From positions 1-32,772 of the forward strand of contig CAMUGK010000002.1 of assembly GCA_947088415.1 (NCBI GenBank): a stretch of DNA of 32,772 nt. The letters run 5' to 3'. Positions within the stretch are counted from its first letter, which is position 1. Each line of letters opens with the position of its first letter. Made by a program: the position numbers and the translations under genes. Origin of the DNA: an uncultured Bacillota bacterium (GTDB taxonomy: Bacteria; Bacillota; Clostridia; Christensenellales; UBA1242). The notes beneath the pieces were generated by a model. The model searched no databases and was not told the DNA's origin. It saw nothing but the letters and a program-made list of their open reading frames with translations. Positions 16,681 to 24,947 of the stretch are shown here, piece after piece.

Positions 16681-17256
16681 ATGAATAATAGATTTATGAT
16701 TAACAAATTAAAAAAGAACGGCATAAAATTTGATAAGGGGTTAACGAGTAGAGAATTTATTTCTATCGAGCGGATATATGGGTTTGAATTTCCAGGAGAT
16801 ATTAAAAGGTTTTTTGCAGTTGGATTGCCAATAAGTCAAGGATTTTACAACTGGCGTGATTTAAGTGAAGAGAATATACAGAAGATAAAAGGAATTCAAG
16901 ACAAAATTGTAAAAAACTATATTCTTTCGTTTAAAAGAGATTGCGTTTTAGAAAATTATGCTCAGATATTTCCTAATAATAAACAAGAAATTGAGTTAAA
17001 AAAAGCATTGTGTGATTTTCTATTAAGAAGCCCAAAACTTATTCCTATTTTTAACAAAGATTTTTGCTTTGCGGACATTAATGATATGCCAATATTGACA
17101 TATAAAAATCCCACACAGATAAGCTTGACAGGAATAAATCTGGAAGAATGGTTAAAGAAAAAATTTTTACATATTAATAGTGCGGATAAAAATCAGTATA
17201 AATTTTTAGAACAGAAATTAAATAACTCAGGTATTTGGAAATATTTAATAAAATAA
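16681..17256 (+). CDS. SMI1/KNR4 (SUKH-1)-like protein, a putative immunity-type protein
   Basis: LTSREFISIERIYGFEFPGDIKRFF matches the SUKH N-terminal signature (…iE..lg..lP.dyk.Ff). Confidence 0.55.
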   Translation: MNNRFMINKLKKNGIKFDKGLTSREFISIERIYGFEFPGDIKRFFAVGLPISQGFYNWRDLSEENIQKIKGIQDKIVKNYILSFKRDCVLENYAQIFPNNKQEIELKKALCDFLLRSPKLIPIFNKDFCFADINDMPILTYKNPTQISLTGINLEEWLKKKFLHINSADKNQYKFLEQKLNNSGIWKYLIK

Positions 17257-17502
17257 AAACATTGAGGTTAGTCAGTTACTTTTGAAACTAGCGAAATAAG
17301 TAAAGAAAAACATAGACAAAACAATCTATGTTTTCTTTTTTACCCTTACTCTCGCTTAACTGCCAAACAAAACGAATAATTCTACCGTTGTCATAGGTTG
17401 TCGTGCAAATAATAATTCTTAAATTCATAAGACACTCGCATTGACCTTGACAACAAAAAATATTCGCTTACACTGAAAAATAGAGAGAAGAAAACAAAAA
17501 GC

Positions 17503-17545
17503 AAAAGAGCGGGCTGCGTTATGCTCTGCCAGCAACCGCTCTTTT
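17503..17545 (-). terminator. Terminator downstream of the XRE gene at 17635..17877
   Basis: AAAAGAGCGG (17503-17512) pairs with CCGCTCTTTT (17536-17545). A T-rich run follows on the minus strand. Confidence 0.55.
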
Positions 17546-17634
17546 TGCAACAAAGTTTAGTTGTAGGCGTGTGCTTGTATGGCGAGGCAACGCCGAGCCA
17601 CTTGTTCAAGACAAGCACACGTTAGAATCCCAAA

Positions 17635-17877
17635 TTAGTCAATTTCAAGGTTATTAAAGTCAAATAATTCGCTATCAAAAAATTCAGTAATTGTCATATT
17701 TAATGCATTACAAACTTTTACTATTGTTGAAAATTTAACATCAACATTCACCTCATTAAAAATATATCTTAATGCCGAATGTGTTAATCCTGTTTCTTTT
17801 TCAAGTTTATATTTTGACATCTTTTTTTCAACCAAAAGTCCACTTAACCTTAAAGCAAACGCACGATTTAAATTCAT
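17635..17877 (-). CDS. XRE-family HTH regulator (80 aa)
   Basis: KMSKYKLEKETGLTHSALRYIFNE is an HTH. The gene is divergent from the operon at 18028-19094. Confidence 0.8.
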   Translation of the reverse strand: MNLNRAFALRLSGLLVEKKMSKYKLEKETGLTHSALRYIFNEVNVDVKFSTIVKVCNALNMTITEFFDSELFDFNNLEID

Positions 17878-18027
17878 ATCACACCACTATAAAATTCAAA
17901 TAATAAAAAAGTTAATTTAAGTGAAATATATTGCACTTATTACTTGCTATTTTAAATTAAATTTGTTAATATATAAGTGAAGCGCTCTGCACCTATTGTG
18001 TAGTATGCTCACTAAAAAGGAGTTTTT

Positions 18028-18468
18028 ATGGAAGAAATAAAGTTAAAAGTTGATAATTCTAACAATGAGAAAAAATCAAATACTAAAAAAATTTGGATTG
18101 GCGTTGTAGGCTTTGCAATATTACTAGCGATTATAATTGGTATTGTTGTTGGATTGGGCGGTGAAAGTTCACCCACAGGAAAATCAAAACTAGATATTTC
18201 AAATGTTTCAATGTCAGTCGAATACAATGAATATCTAGGATATTCGGCAGTAATTAAAGGAACTGCAAAAAATACAAGTGGCAGGAATTATTCTTATGCA
18301 AGTGTTGAATTTTCTGTCTACGATGCTTCAGGAAACAATTTAGGAACTGCTTTAGCAAACATTAATAATTTGGGAAGTGGTGATACTTGGCGTTTTGAAG
18401 CCAATTTATTCAGTTTTCCTAGTAGCAGACCAACTACTTATAAATTGGTAGAAATTGCCGCTTGGTAA
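18028..18468 (+). CDS. Membrane-anchored FxLYD-domain protein
   Basis: N-terminal TM segment (IWIGVVGFAILLAIIIGIVVGL). GTAKNTSGRNYSYASVEFSVYDASGNNLG matches the FxLYD-domain pattern. Confidence 0.6.
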   Translation: MEEIKLKVDNSNNEKKSNTKKIWIGVVGFAILLAIIIGIVVGLGGESSPTGKSKLDISNVSMSVEYNEYLGYSAVIKGTAKNTSGRNYSYASVEFSVYDASGNNLGTALANINNLGSGDTWRFEANLFSFPSSRPTTYKLVEIAAW

Positions 18469-18479
18469 AGGAGTAATAT

Positions 18480-19094
18480 ATGTATTTTGTAATTTATGGG
18501 TTAGTATTTTTAGTTGTATTTATCGGTGTTCTAGTTATAATATTGGCTGTTCATCAATCTGGGGTTTCTAACGCTCGCAAAAACCAAGAGAGCATAAACT
18601 TAAAGGCAAATGATACTTTAAAAAATTCGAATTTCAGTATAAGTAAAAAGTTTTTTCTAAATGATTATGCTACATATAATCAATCTGATACTTGTAAAAA
18701 GTCTATTGCGGTAGATAATGATAATAAACAAATATGTTTTATTGACTATGCTAAAGGAAGTTTGTTTATTGTAAATTTTAACGAAATATTAAACTATGAA
18801 ATTTATGAAAATGGTAGTAATGCAACCACAGGCGGAAGTATAGGTGGATTTGGAACAAGATTTTTCGGAGCGGAAACAAATGGGATGTGTAAAGAATTAA
18901 AATTGATTGTAAGATTAAAAAGATATGATACATCTCAAGTTTCTTATGACATTATCACGAATACAAGTTTTAATATAGGCATAAATAAATCAACACAACC
19001 ATATAAACAATGTATTTCGACACTTCAAGAAGTTGTATCATTTTTAGAAGTAATTAAGAATGAAAATGATAAAAGAAAAGACACAGATAAATAA
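18480..19094 (+). CDS. Membrane-anchored hypothetical protein (204 aa)
   Basis: N-terminal TM segment and GGAG RBS. A terminator with a T-run follows at about 19097-19112. Confidence 0.55.
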   Translation: MYFVIYGLVFLVVFIGVLVIILAVHQSGVSNARKNQESINLKANDTLKNSNFSISKKFFLNDYATYNQSDTCKKSIAVDNDNKQICFIDYAKGSLFIVNFNEILNYEIYENGSNATTGGSIGGFGTRFFGAETNGMCKELKLIVRLKRYDTSQVSYDIITNTSFNIGINKSTQPYKQCISTLQEVVSFLEVIKNENDKRKDTDK

Positions 19095-19157
19095 ATATCA
19101 GTGTCTTTTTTTTGTTAGTTTCAAAATTTATAACCCTTAATCAATGTTTTTATTTGT

Positions 19158-19652
19158 TTAATTCTTACTTTTCGAGTTTTTGTTTTTTCTACCTTTGCGT
19201 CTGCTTGGCGAAGTAAATAAAGATAGGAAAGCAAATACAAAGGAAGAGATAAATCCATAACCAATTGAAGTTACAACTGCTGGGGTTGAATTTTTATAAA
19301 GATAAATTGCAAGCAAAACTGCAGAACAAATCATAAAGAAGAAGAAAGCACAAGAGAGCAATCTAACTTCAACCTTTGGTTGAGCATTTCCACAAGCCAA
19401 GCCTATCAAATTGACAAGGGCAAGCAAAATCATAATGCAACAAAACAACATGGCAAGAATAATGCAAATTTTGGCTGCAAGCATATATGGGGAATTGTTT
19501 GTTGTAAAATCTAATATATCAAAAGTTCCAATTTTGTTGTAGGCTTGGTTTGCAATGTCAGCTCCGCTGCCAGAATAAGCCCAAAAAACAGGGTAAGAAA
19601 ACATTGTGAGGGCTAAAACACCAAACAATATTGTAAAAACAGAAGTAACCAT
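19158..19652 (-). CDS. Polytopic membrane protein with a Lys/Arg-rich C-terminal tail
   Basis: The ATG at 19652 is preceded by AAAGGAGAG. Four or five hydrophobic segments are visible. Confidence 0.6.
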   Translation of the reverse strand: MVTSVFTILFGVLALTMFSYPVFWAYSGSGADIANQAYNKIGTFDILDFTTNNSPYMLAAKICIILAMLFCCIMILLALVNLIGLACGNAQPKVEVRLLSCAFFFFMICSAVLLAIYLYKNSTPAVVTSIGYGFISSFVFAFLSLFTSPSRRKGRKNKNSKSKN

Positions 19653-19789
19653 AAATCTCTCCTTTTTGTTTATAATAACATTATTGAAACAATTTGTCAA
19701 TAGTTTAACTTGCTTTTGGGAAAGATTTCAACAAAAGAAAGCAAAAAAAATAGTGAGATTTCTCACAAAATAACCAATAATTGGAAATT

Positions 19790-19999
19790 TTAATAGTCAA
19801 TTCTTCCAAGCATGTAGTCGGCAGAAACATTAAAGAAATCGCATACTGCCTTAATTGCATAAATGCCAGGTTCTCTTAAACCATTTTCCCATAAACTTAT
19901 AATAGATTTGCTTACTTTAAGTTCTTTAGCCAAAGCAACTTGACCAATACCTTTTTCTTTTCTGAGTTCTCTTAATCTTTTCCCAAATATATTTTCCAT
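19790..19999 (-). CDS. XRE-family HTH regulator (69 aa)
   Basis: LRKEKGIGQVALAKELKVSKSIISLWENG. Confidence 0.85.
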   Translation of the reverse strand: MENIFGKRLRELRKEKGIGQVALAKELKVSKSIISLWENGLREPGIYAIKAVCDFFNVSADYMLGRIDY

Positions 20000-20136
20000 A
20001 ACTACATTTTCTCACAATCGTAAGAAAATATGACAAAATCTTACAATTGTGAGATAAATTCGATAAAATTCTTTATATTTAGACCAAATTCTTGGGTTAA
20101 ATTAATATTAATTTATAAAAAAGCCATAATAAAAAT

Positions 20137-20256
20137 ATGAAAAAGAAGAAAAATGAGAAAAAGATATTTAAAAGTAAAAATGACCCGCTTGGTTCTTATA
20201 CAGGAATTGGACTTATTGAAAATCAAGAACCTGTTCAGGATGCCGACGATTTATAA
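20137..20256 (+). CDS. Possible 39-aa ORF below the track cutoff
   Basis: Reads MKKKKNEKKIFKSKNDPLGSYTGIGLIENQEPVQDADDL. There is no clear RBS. Its 3' end overlaps the cwlD stop codon by 6 nt. Confidence 0.3.
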   Translation: MKKKKNEKKIFKSKNDPLGSYTGIGLIENQEPVQDADDL

Positions 20257-20943
20257 AAACTTCATGATTCCGCCAAGGACTGCAAAACAAAGTTTTTTCA
20301 TATAAGATTCTTGTTGTAAAAGTTTTTCTTCATCTGGATTAGACAAAAAACCAAACTCAACCAAAATTGCAGGCTTGTCAGTGCAATTTAACACGAAGAA
20401 GTCGCCAACAGACGGCAGTGTTTTTGAATTTTTGTTTGCTTCATAAAGCGAAGTTTGCACCTCACCTGCAAAAGTTTTACCAAGCTCATTGCCTTTTGCA
20501 TAATAAACCTGAGCACCTTTGCAAGAAGATAATCTAAAACTATTCATATGAATGCTGACAACAAGGTCGGCGTTAGAACCTTCAATAATGCTTTTGCGTT
20601 TTTCCATTTCACTTTTCTTTTTGTTAGGGGCAGAAGGGGAATATAATCCGTTCTCATTATTTCTTGTCATAACAACCCTAAAACCCATATCTTGACATTG
20701 GGCTTGCAGACATTTTGCAAAAGCAAGATTAAGGTCACTTTCTTTAACACCTGTAATTTTACCTTCTGCACCACCATCAATTCCGCCATGCCCCGCATCA
20801 ATCACAATGGTGTGAAGTGGCTTTGGCGTCGTGCTGGCTTTGATTGGAAAATAGGTCGCACAAAACGCACCAATTGCTAGAAAGCACAACAAAATGGCAA
20901 AAATTGTCTTTTTCTTAATTGTTAAAAATGTAGTTTTCATCAA
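20251..20943 (-). CDS. cwlD: N-acetylmuramoyl-L-alanine amidase (Amidase_3), CwlD-like germination-specific amidase
   Basis: N-terminal TM segment. VIDAGHGGIDGGA, VMTR, EKRKSIIEGSNADLVVSIHMNS, GAQVYY and VEFGFLSNPDE are colinear with Bacillus CwlD as I recall it. Confidence 0.75.
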   Translation of the reverse strand: MMKTTFLTIKKKTIFAILLCFLAIGAFCATYFPIKASTTPKPLHTIVIDAGHGGIDGGAEGKITGVKESDLNLAFAKCLQAQCQDMGFRVVMTRNNENGLYSPSAPNKKKSEMEKRKSIIEGSNADLVVSIHMNSFRLSSCKGAQVYYAKGNELGKTFAGEVQTSLYEANKNSKTLPSVGDFFVLNCTDKPAILVEFGFLSNPDEEKLLQQESYMKKLCFAVLGGIMKFL

Positions 20944-21057
20944 GATATTTTATTATCAACTTTCAAAATAAATGCAAAAAGTTGGCACACTTTCTTGAAA
21001 TGGCAATATTTTCATGATATAACCTTGTCTAAGATTAAAAAATCTTTTGAAAAGGAG

Positions 21058-21798
21058 ATGAAAATGATTAAAAGTGAACAATTACTTTCACTTTTCTCTC
21101 AAGACGAAGAAGTCTATTACGAAGAAGAAAAGCGAAAGAAGAAACAAAAACTTGTGCGTAACGAGTTTGAAAAATGTGGAAAATACGGAATGCCACTGAT
21201 TAAGAAACAAAAAATTGATTTAGATAAGATTGAGCTTCTGGGTTATATAAAAACAAAATCAAACGACGAAGAAAATAAAAACAAAACCATACATTTCTTC
21301 ACTTATGATTGGAATTTCAATAATGTCTATGAAAAACCAGAGCAAGCACTTGAAAAACTTGACCAATACTATGCCCTACTCACACCAGAGTTCAGCACTT
21401 ACAAAGACATGCCTCTTGCGAGACAAATTGACAGTGTTTTTAAAAATCGCTGGTGCGGTGCATTTTGGCAGAAACAAGGTATGCTGGTCATTCCTACAAT
21501 TTCATGGGGCTCTTATGGTTGTTTTGATTTCTTTTGTGATGGTGTTGAAGAAGGCTCTGTTGTGGCAGTTTCAACTTATACAAGAGAAGATAATAAAAAA
21601 GGCTTCATGGAAGGGTATGAAATTATGATGCAAAAAATTAAACCAAGTGCAATAATTTGCTATGGCACCCCTTTTGAAGAAATGAAGGGAAATATAAAAG
21701 CAATTGACCCTTTTAATAGTGAAGAACTTATCAAAAAAATTGGCCTTGCCGAGTTTATGAAAAAGAAACTTGCCAGCGAACTTTATCCAGAAATTTAG
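21058..21798 (+). CDS. DUF4417-like protein
   Basis: The track start (TTG at 20995) coincides with a -35 box: TTGAAA, 17 nt, TATAAC at 21018-21023. The real start is the ATG at 21058 or 21064, after AAAGGAG. Motifs HFFTYDWNF, LLTPEFSTYKDMP, NRWCGAFWQKQG and VIPTISW match my recollection of DUF4417. Confidence 0.55.
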   Translation: MKMIKSEQLLSLFSQDEEVYYEEEKRKKKQKLVRNEFEKCGKYGMPLIKKQKIDLDKIELLGYIKTKSNDEENKNKTIHFFTYDWNFNNVYEKPEQALEKLDQYYALLTPEFSTYKDMPLARQIDSVFKNRWCGAFWQKQGMLVIPTISWGSYGCFDFFCDGVEEGSVVAVSTYTREDNKKGFMEGYEIMMQKIKPSAIICYGTPFEEMKGNIKAIDPFNSEELIKKIGLAEFMKKKLASELYPEI

Positions 21799-21807
21799 GA
21801 GCAAAAT

Positions 21808-22626
21808 ATGGAAGAATTCAAACTTACAATCAATATGCTCCCAAAAGGAGCATGGGGAAGCGATTTTAGTAAAACCTTGTCTAAGAAAGATTGGGAAAAA
21901 TTGCGAGATTATGCATTAAAACGAGCAAAAGGAAAATGTGAAATATGTGGATTTGTAACAGATGCCCTTGATGTACATGAAGAATGGGTTTTTGATACAA
22001 AAAATAAAACACAAACTTTAAAATATATCAAGGCAATTTGCTCTCGTTGTCATGGTGTTAAACATTTCAAAAATTCAGTTAGGCTTGGCTTTGGAGAAGA
22101 TGCAGAAAAGCATTTTATGAAAGTCAACAATGCTTCTGAGATGCAGTTTGCTTCTCACTTAAATAAGACTTTACTTGAATATGAAGAGAGAAACAAAACT
22201 CATCGCTGGAAAATAGTTGCGGATTTAGAAACGTTTGGTGGCAAAGGAATTGAAATAAAGCAAAACAATATTCCTCTTATTAAAAACCCTTATGAAAATA
22301 TAAATTGGGATAGTCTGTCATACGAAGATACAAAACATTTATTTAATATCACAAGAAATGATAATTTGATAGGAGCACCAAAAATTGTTTCTATTGAAGT
22401 AAATAACTATCAAGGCGAAATTAAAATTAAATCGCTGTTTGCCGACAGAATCGAGTGGTTTTTAGATAAAATAAAGATAAAAACAACATACCACACTGCT
22501 GGACTATTCAAAACGGAATTCAAAGTAAAAAATTTGATTGGAAAAAAATTAAATTTCAAACTTATTGGAATTGGCGGCAAAACAATTTCAAAACCATTTG
22601 AACTTTTGCCACAGGAGGTGTTATAA
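21808..22626 (+). CDS. Protein with an N-terminal HNH/zinc-finger-like domain and an unknown C-terminal domain
   Basis: CEICG...LDVHEEW...AICSRCHGVKH has the pattern CxxC...HE...CxxCHxxxH. The stop codon overlaps the next ATG as TAATG. Confidence 0.55.
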   Translation: MEEFKLTINMLPKGAWGSDFSKTLSKKDWEKLRDYALKRAKGKCEICGFVTDALDVHEEWVFDTKNKTQTLKYIKAICSRCHGVKHFKNSVRLGFGEDAEKHFMKVNNASEMQFASHLNKTLLEYEERNKTHRWKIVADLETFGGKGIEIKQNNIPLIKNPYENINWDSLSYEDTKHLFNITRNDNLIGAPKIVSIEVNNYQGEIKIKSLFADRIEWFLDKIKIKTTYHTAGLFKTEFKVKNLIGKKLNFKLIGIGGKTISKPFELLPQEVL

Positions 22627-22916
22627 TGGGAATGTGTAAACCAAGTGGTGGGAAATTTGATGTTTATGGACCTTATAAACATTCTTTAAAAAAGGATGGT
22701 ATACCAAATACTAGATTAGACTACTACGACGAGCAAACAGACGAATTACTACAACAACGCTGGTATGGTCCAGATGGACTTGCAATTTGGGATAGGGATT
22801 GGAAACATAACAATCCAAATGGTAATCATAAATTCCCGCATGATCATCCTTGGGATTGGTCTAAGAAAATTCCAAGACAAGATTTTATTAATAATATTAA
22901 TAATAGTTATTGTTAA
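22626..22916 (+). CDS. Small His/Trp-rich protein (96 aa), translationally coupled. Toxin-like candidate.
   Basis: TAATG overlap with the upstream gene, with AGGAGGTG 8 nt upstream. Motifs TRLDYYDE...RWYGPDG (YD-like) and FPHDHPWDW. Confidence 0.55.
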   Translation: MGMCKPSGGKFDVYGPYKHSLKKDGIPNTRLDYYDEQTDELLQQRWYGPDGLAIWDRDWKHNNPNGNHKFPHDHPWDWSKKIPRQDFINNINNSYC

Positions 22917-22930
22917 AAAAGGAGGAAAAT

Positions 22931-23383
22931 ATGAAAAAAAACTTATTAGAAAAAAATATACAAAAAAAATGTGCTGTTTGCAAAAAAGTTTATTTGACAT
23001 CAGAATTGGACTTAACTCCATGTCCATATTGTGGATGGTATAACGATTCTATGTGTGAGGAGAATCCTGACAAAGTTATATATCGCAACCTTATTTCTTT
23101 TAATAAGGCTAAGCAATTCTATTCAGATAGGAAGCCTTTAAAGCCCGACTTAATTGATTTTCTTGAAGCATTTGAATTTTATGGAGAAACGGGTTTTGAA
23201 TATAATAATATTGACTTTGCTTTGTTTAGACATAGAGAATATGGTATTGAAATGAGTTGGAGTCCAGAGCCAAATGGCACAATTTATTTCAAAGACAAAG
23301 ACGACTTTATACAAAATGCAAAGATAGGCAATGAATTTATTCGAGAAATATGGGACAAAGTTGACGATCCAAGATATTTATAA
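22931..23383 (+). CDS. CPCC-family cysteine-rich protein (immunity-like candidate)
   Basis: The ATG at 22931 follows AAGGAGG. CAVC...CPYCGWYND..EENPD...NLISFNKAKQFY matches the CPCC family pattern as I recall it. Confidence 0.6.
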   Translation: MKKNLLEKNIQKKCAVCKKVYLTSELDLTPCPYCGWYNDSMCEENPDKVIYRNLISFNKAKQFYSDRKPLKPDLIDFLEAFEFYGETGFEYNNIDFALFRHREYGIEMSWSPEPNGTIYFKDKDDFIQNAKIGNEFIREIWDKVDDPRYL

Positions 23384-23511
23384 GATAAGAAATAATAAGC
23401 GGACAAGTAAGTTCGCTTTTTTATTTTATGATACAAAATTTATTAAAACATATATAGGCCTCGCGAAACAATTTCAAAAACCTTTGAACTTATGCTGCAG
23501 AAGGTGCTATA

Positions 23512-23801
23512 ATGGGAATGTGTAAACCAAGTGGTGGGATAAGCAACCAAACTGGACGAGTAGGATCTTTGCCAAGAATATGGTTGCCAAATACAAGGAT
23601 AGATTTGTATGATGAAAAGGAAATTTGTTGCAACAAGGATGGTATGGACCAGATGGCAGAATTATTTGGTATCGTGACTGGTCACATGGTGGAGGATATC
23701 ATGATTGGCCACACGACCACTATGTTAATTGGGATAATCCCAAAGACCCTAGACCACTTTATATAGGTCCAAATGGTGAAAAAAACTCGGATTTTTGTTG
23801 A
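23512..23801 (+). pseudogene. Frameshifted paralogue of the ORF at 22626..22916
   Basis: Same start, MGMCKPSGG. Homology continues in another frame after nt 23613-23619 (…GNLLQQGWYGPDGRIIWYRDWSH…PHDHYVNWD…, stop at 23799-23801). One extra A in the A4 run at 23615-23618 would restore the frame. Confidence 0.6.
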
Positions 23802-24268
23802 AAGGAGAATTATATGAATATAGAAAAAAATACAAAAAATCATGTGAAGTATGTCAAAAAGAAATTTATGTAGATATTTATAAACAAGGGAAATGTCCTT
23901 ATTGTGGTTGGTGGAATTGTTTTTTAAATGAAGAAAATCCTGATGAAGTAGCATTACCTAACACTCTTTCTCTAAATAAGGCACGACAACTTTACAAAGA
24001 AAAAAGGCCATTTGAACCAGACTTTGACGATTTTATTAAAGCTCTGTATAGTTACGGTGAAATGCAATTTGAATACAATGGGACATATTATGCAGTTGAA
24101 TTTGTAGGAAGAAGCAAAAATAATTTTGATATTCAGCTTTATAATTCAAAGTCACGAGAAAAGTTTCTATTTAAAACAAAAGAAGATTTTAAAAATAATG
24201 CCAAGGTTGAAGGAAAACTATTAAAAGAAATCTGGGATGAAACGACTGATAGATATTGGCTACAATAA
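23795..24268 (+). CDS. Second CPCC-family paralogue. Its RBS-linked ATG is out of frame.
   Basis: CEVC...CPYCGWWN..EENPDE...SLNKARQLY. The RBS AAAGGAG (23801-23807) serves the ATG at 23814, which is in the +1 frame relative to the ORF. One extra A in the A7 run at 23824-23830 would join them. Confidence 0.5.
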   Translation: MLKGELYEYRKKYKKSCEVCQKEIYVDIYKQGKCPYCGWWNCFLNEENPDEVALPNTLSLNKARQLYKEKRPFEPDFDDFIKALYSYGEMQFEYNGTYYAVEFVGRSKNNFDIQLYNSKSREKFLFKTKEDFKNNAKVEGKLLKEIWDETTDRYWLQ

Positions 24269-24312
24269 TAGATAAAAGGTGCACTGTTTAAGGTGCATCT
24301 TTTTCTCTTAAT

Positions 24313-24420
24313 TTAAAAAACATACTGTCCTTTCTTGACATCAGCCCCGCCATGCCCCGCATCAATTACGATTGTGTGCAAAGGTTTGGGCGTTGCACTT
24401 GTTTTAAAACATAATTGAAT
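24313..24420 (-). pseudogene. Relic of the 5' part of a cwlD-like amidase gene
   Basis: The reverse complement encodes …LCFKTSATPKPLHTIVIDAGHGGAD…. cwlD has …KASTTPKPLHTIVIDAGHGGID…. There is no start codon and a stop occurs soon after. Twenty identical nucleotides are shared between 24347-24366 and 20783-20802. Confidence 0.6.
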
Positions 24421-24484
24421 GCAAAGGGTGGCGGTTTTTAAATTTTGGACGAAGGGATTGATTTTTGATAATAACGATATAATT

Positions 24485-24517
24485 AAAAACCCCGTCAGGT
24501 TTTCTGACGGGGTTTTT
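24485..24517. terminator. Strong bidirectional terminator
   Basis: AAAACCCCGTCAG pairs with CTGACGGGGTTTT, with A- and T-runs on either side. Confidence 0.75.
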
Positions 24518-24531
24518 AATGACGTTAAATT

Positions 24532-24765
24532 TTAGTCAATCCAAAGAACTTTGTCGGCTACAAGAATTGTGATGATGTCAACAAGCCAGAAAATTACTGG
24601 ACAGAAGATTAACATCAAAACTGCAAGTACAATGCCAACTGTTGATTTCTTTTCAACAGATCTGCAAAGACGATAAACAGCCCAAACAATGTCAAGGAAA
24701 GGAAGTGCTAAAAGCACTTTTACAATCTTTGGAAAGTTGTCAAATGTTTTGATAAGTTCGCTCAT
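24532..24765 (-). CDS. Small two-TM membrane protein (77 aa)
   Basis: Two hydrophobic segments, AGGAG RBS and the downstream terminator. Confidence 0.6.
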   Translation of the reverse strand: MSELIKTFDNFPKIVKVLLALPFLDIVWAVYRLCRSVEKKSTVGIVLAVLMLIFCPVIFWLVDIITILVADKVLWID

Positions 24766-24947
24766 CTTTTATCTCCTTTTTTTGATTTTGTAATCAATTT
24801 ACATAATTATTCTATGCATTACTCAGTTAAAAAGTCAATTATTTTTTGACTTATTTAAAAGAATTTTGTCGTAAGATTTTGCTTTTTGTAAAAATTTTGT
24901 TTTTCAGATAAAAAATGAATAATGTTTTATACAATATATTAAAAGGT

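Noticed and set aside
17347-17355. CTTACTCTC, a 9-mer shared with the acceptor region of the orphan tRNA 3' half
   Set aside because: It is on the opposite strand and has no further tRNA-like context. It is compatible with chance.
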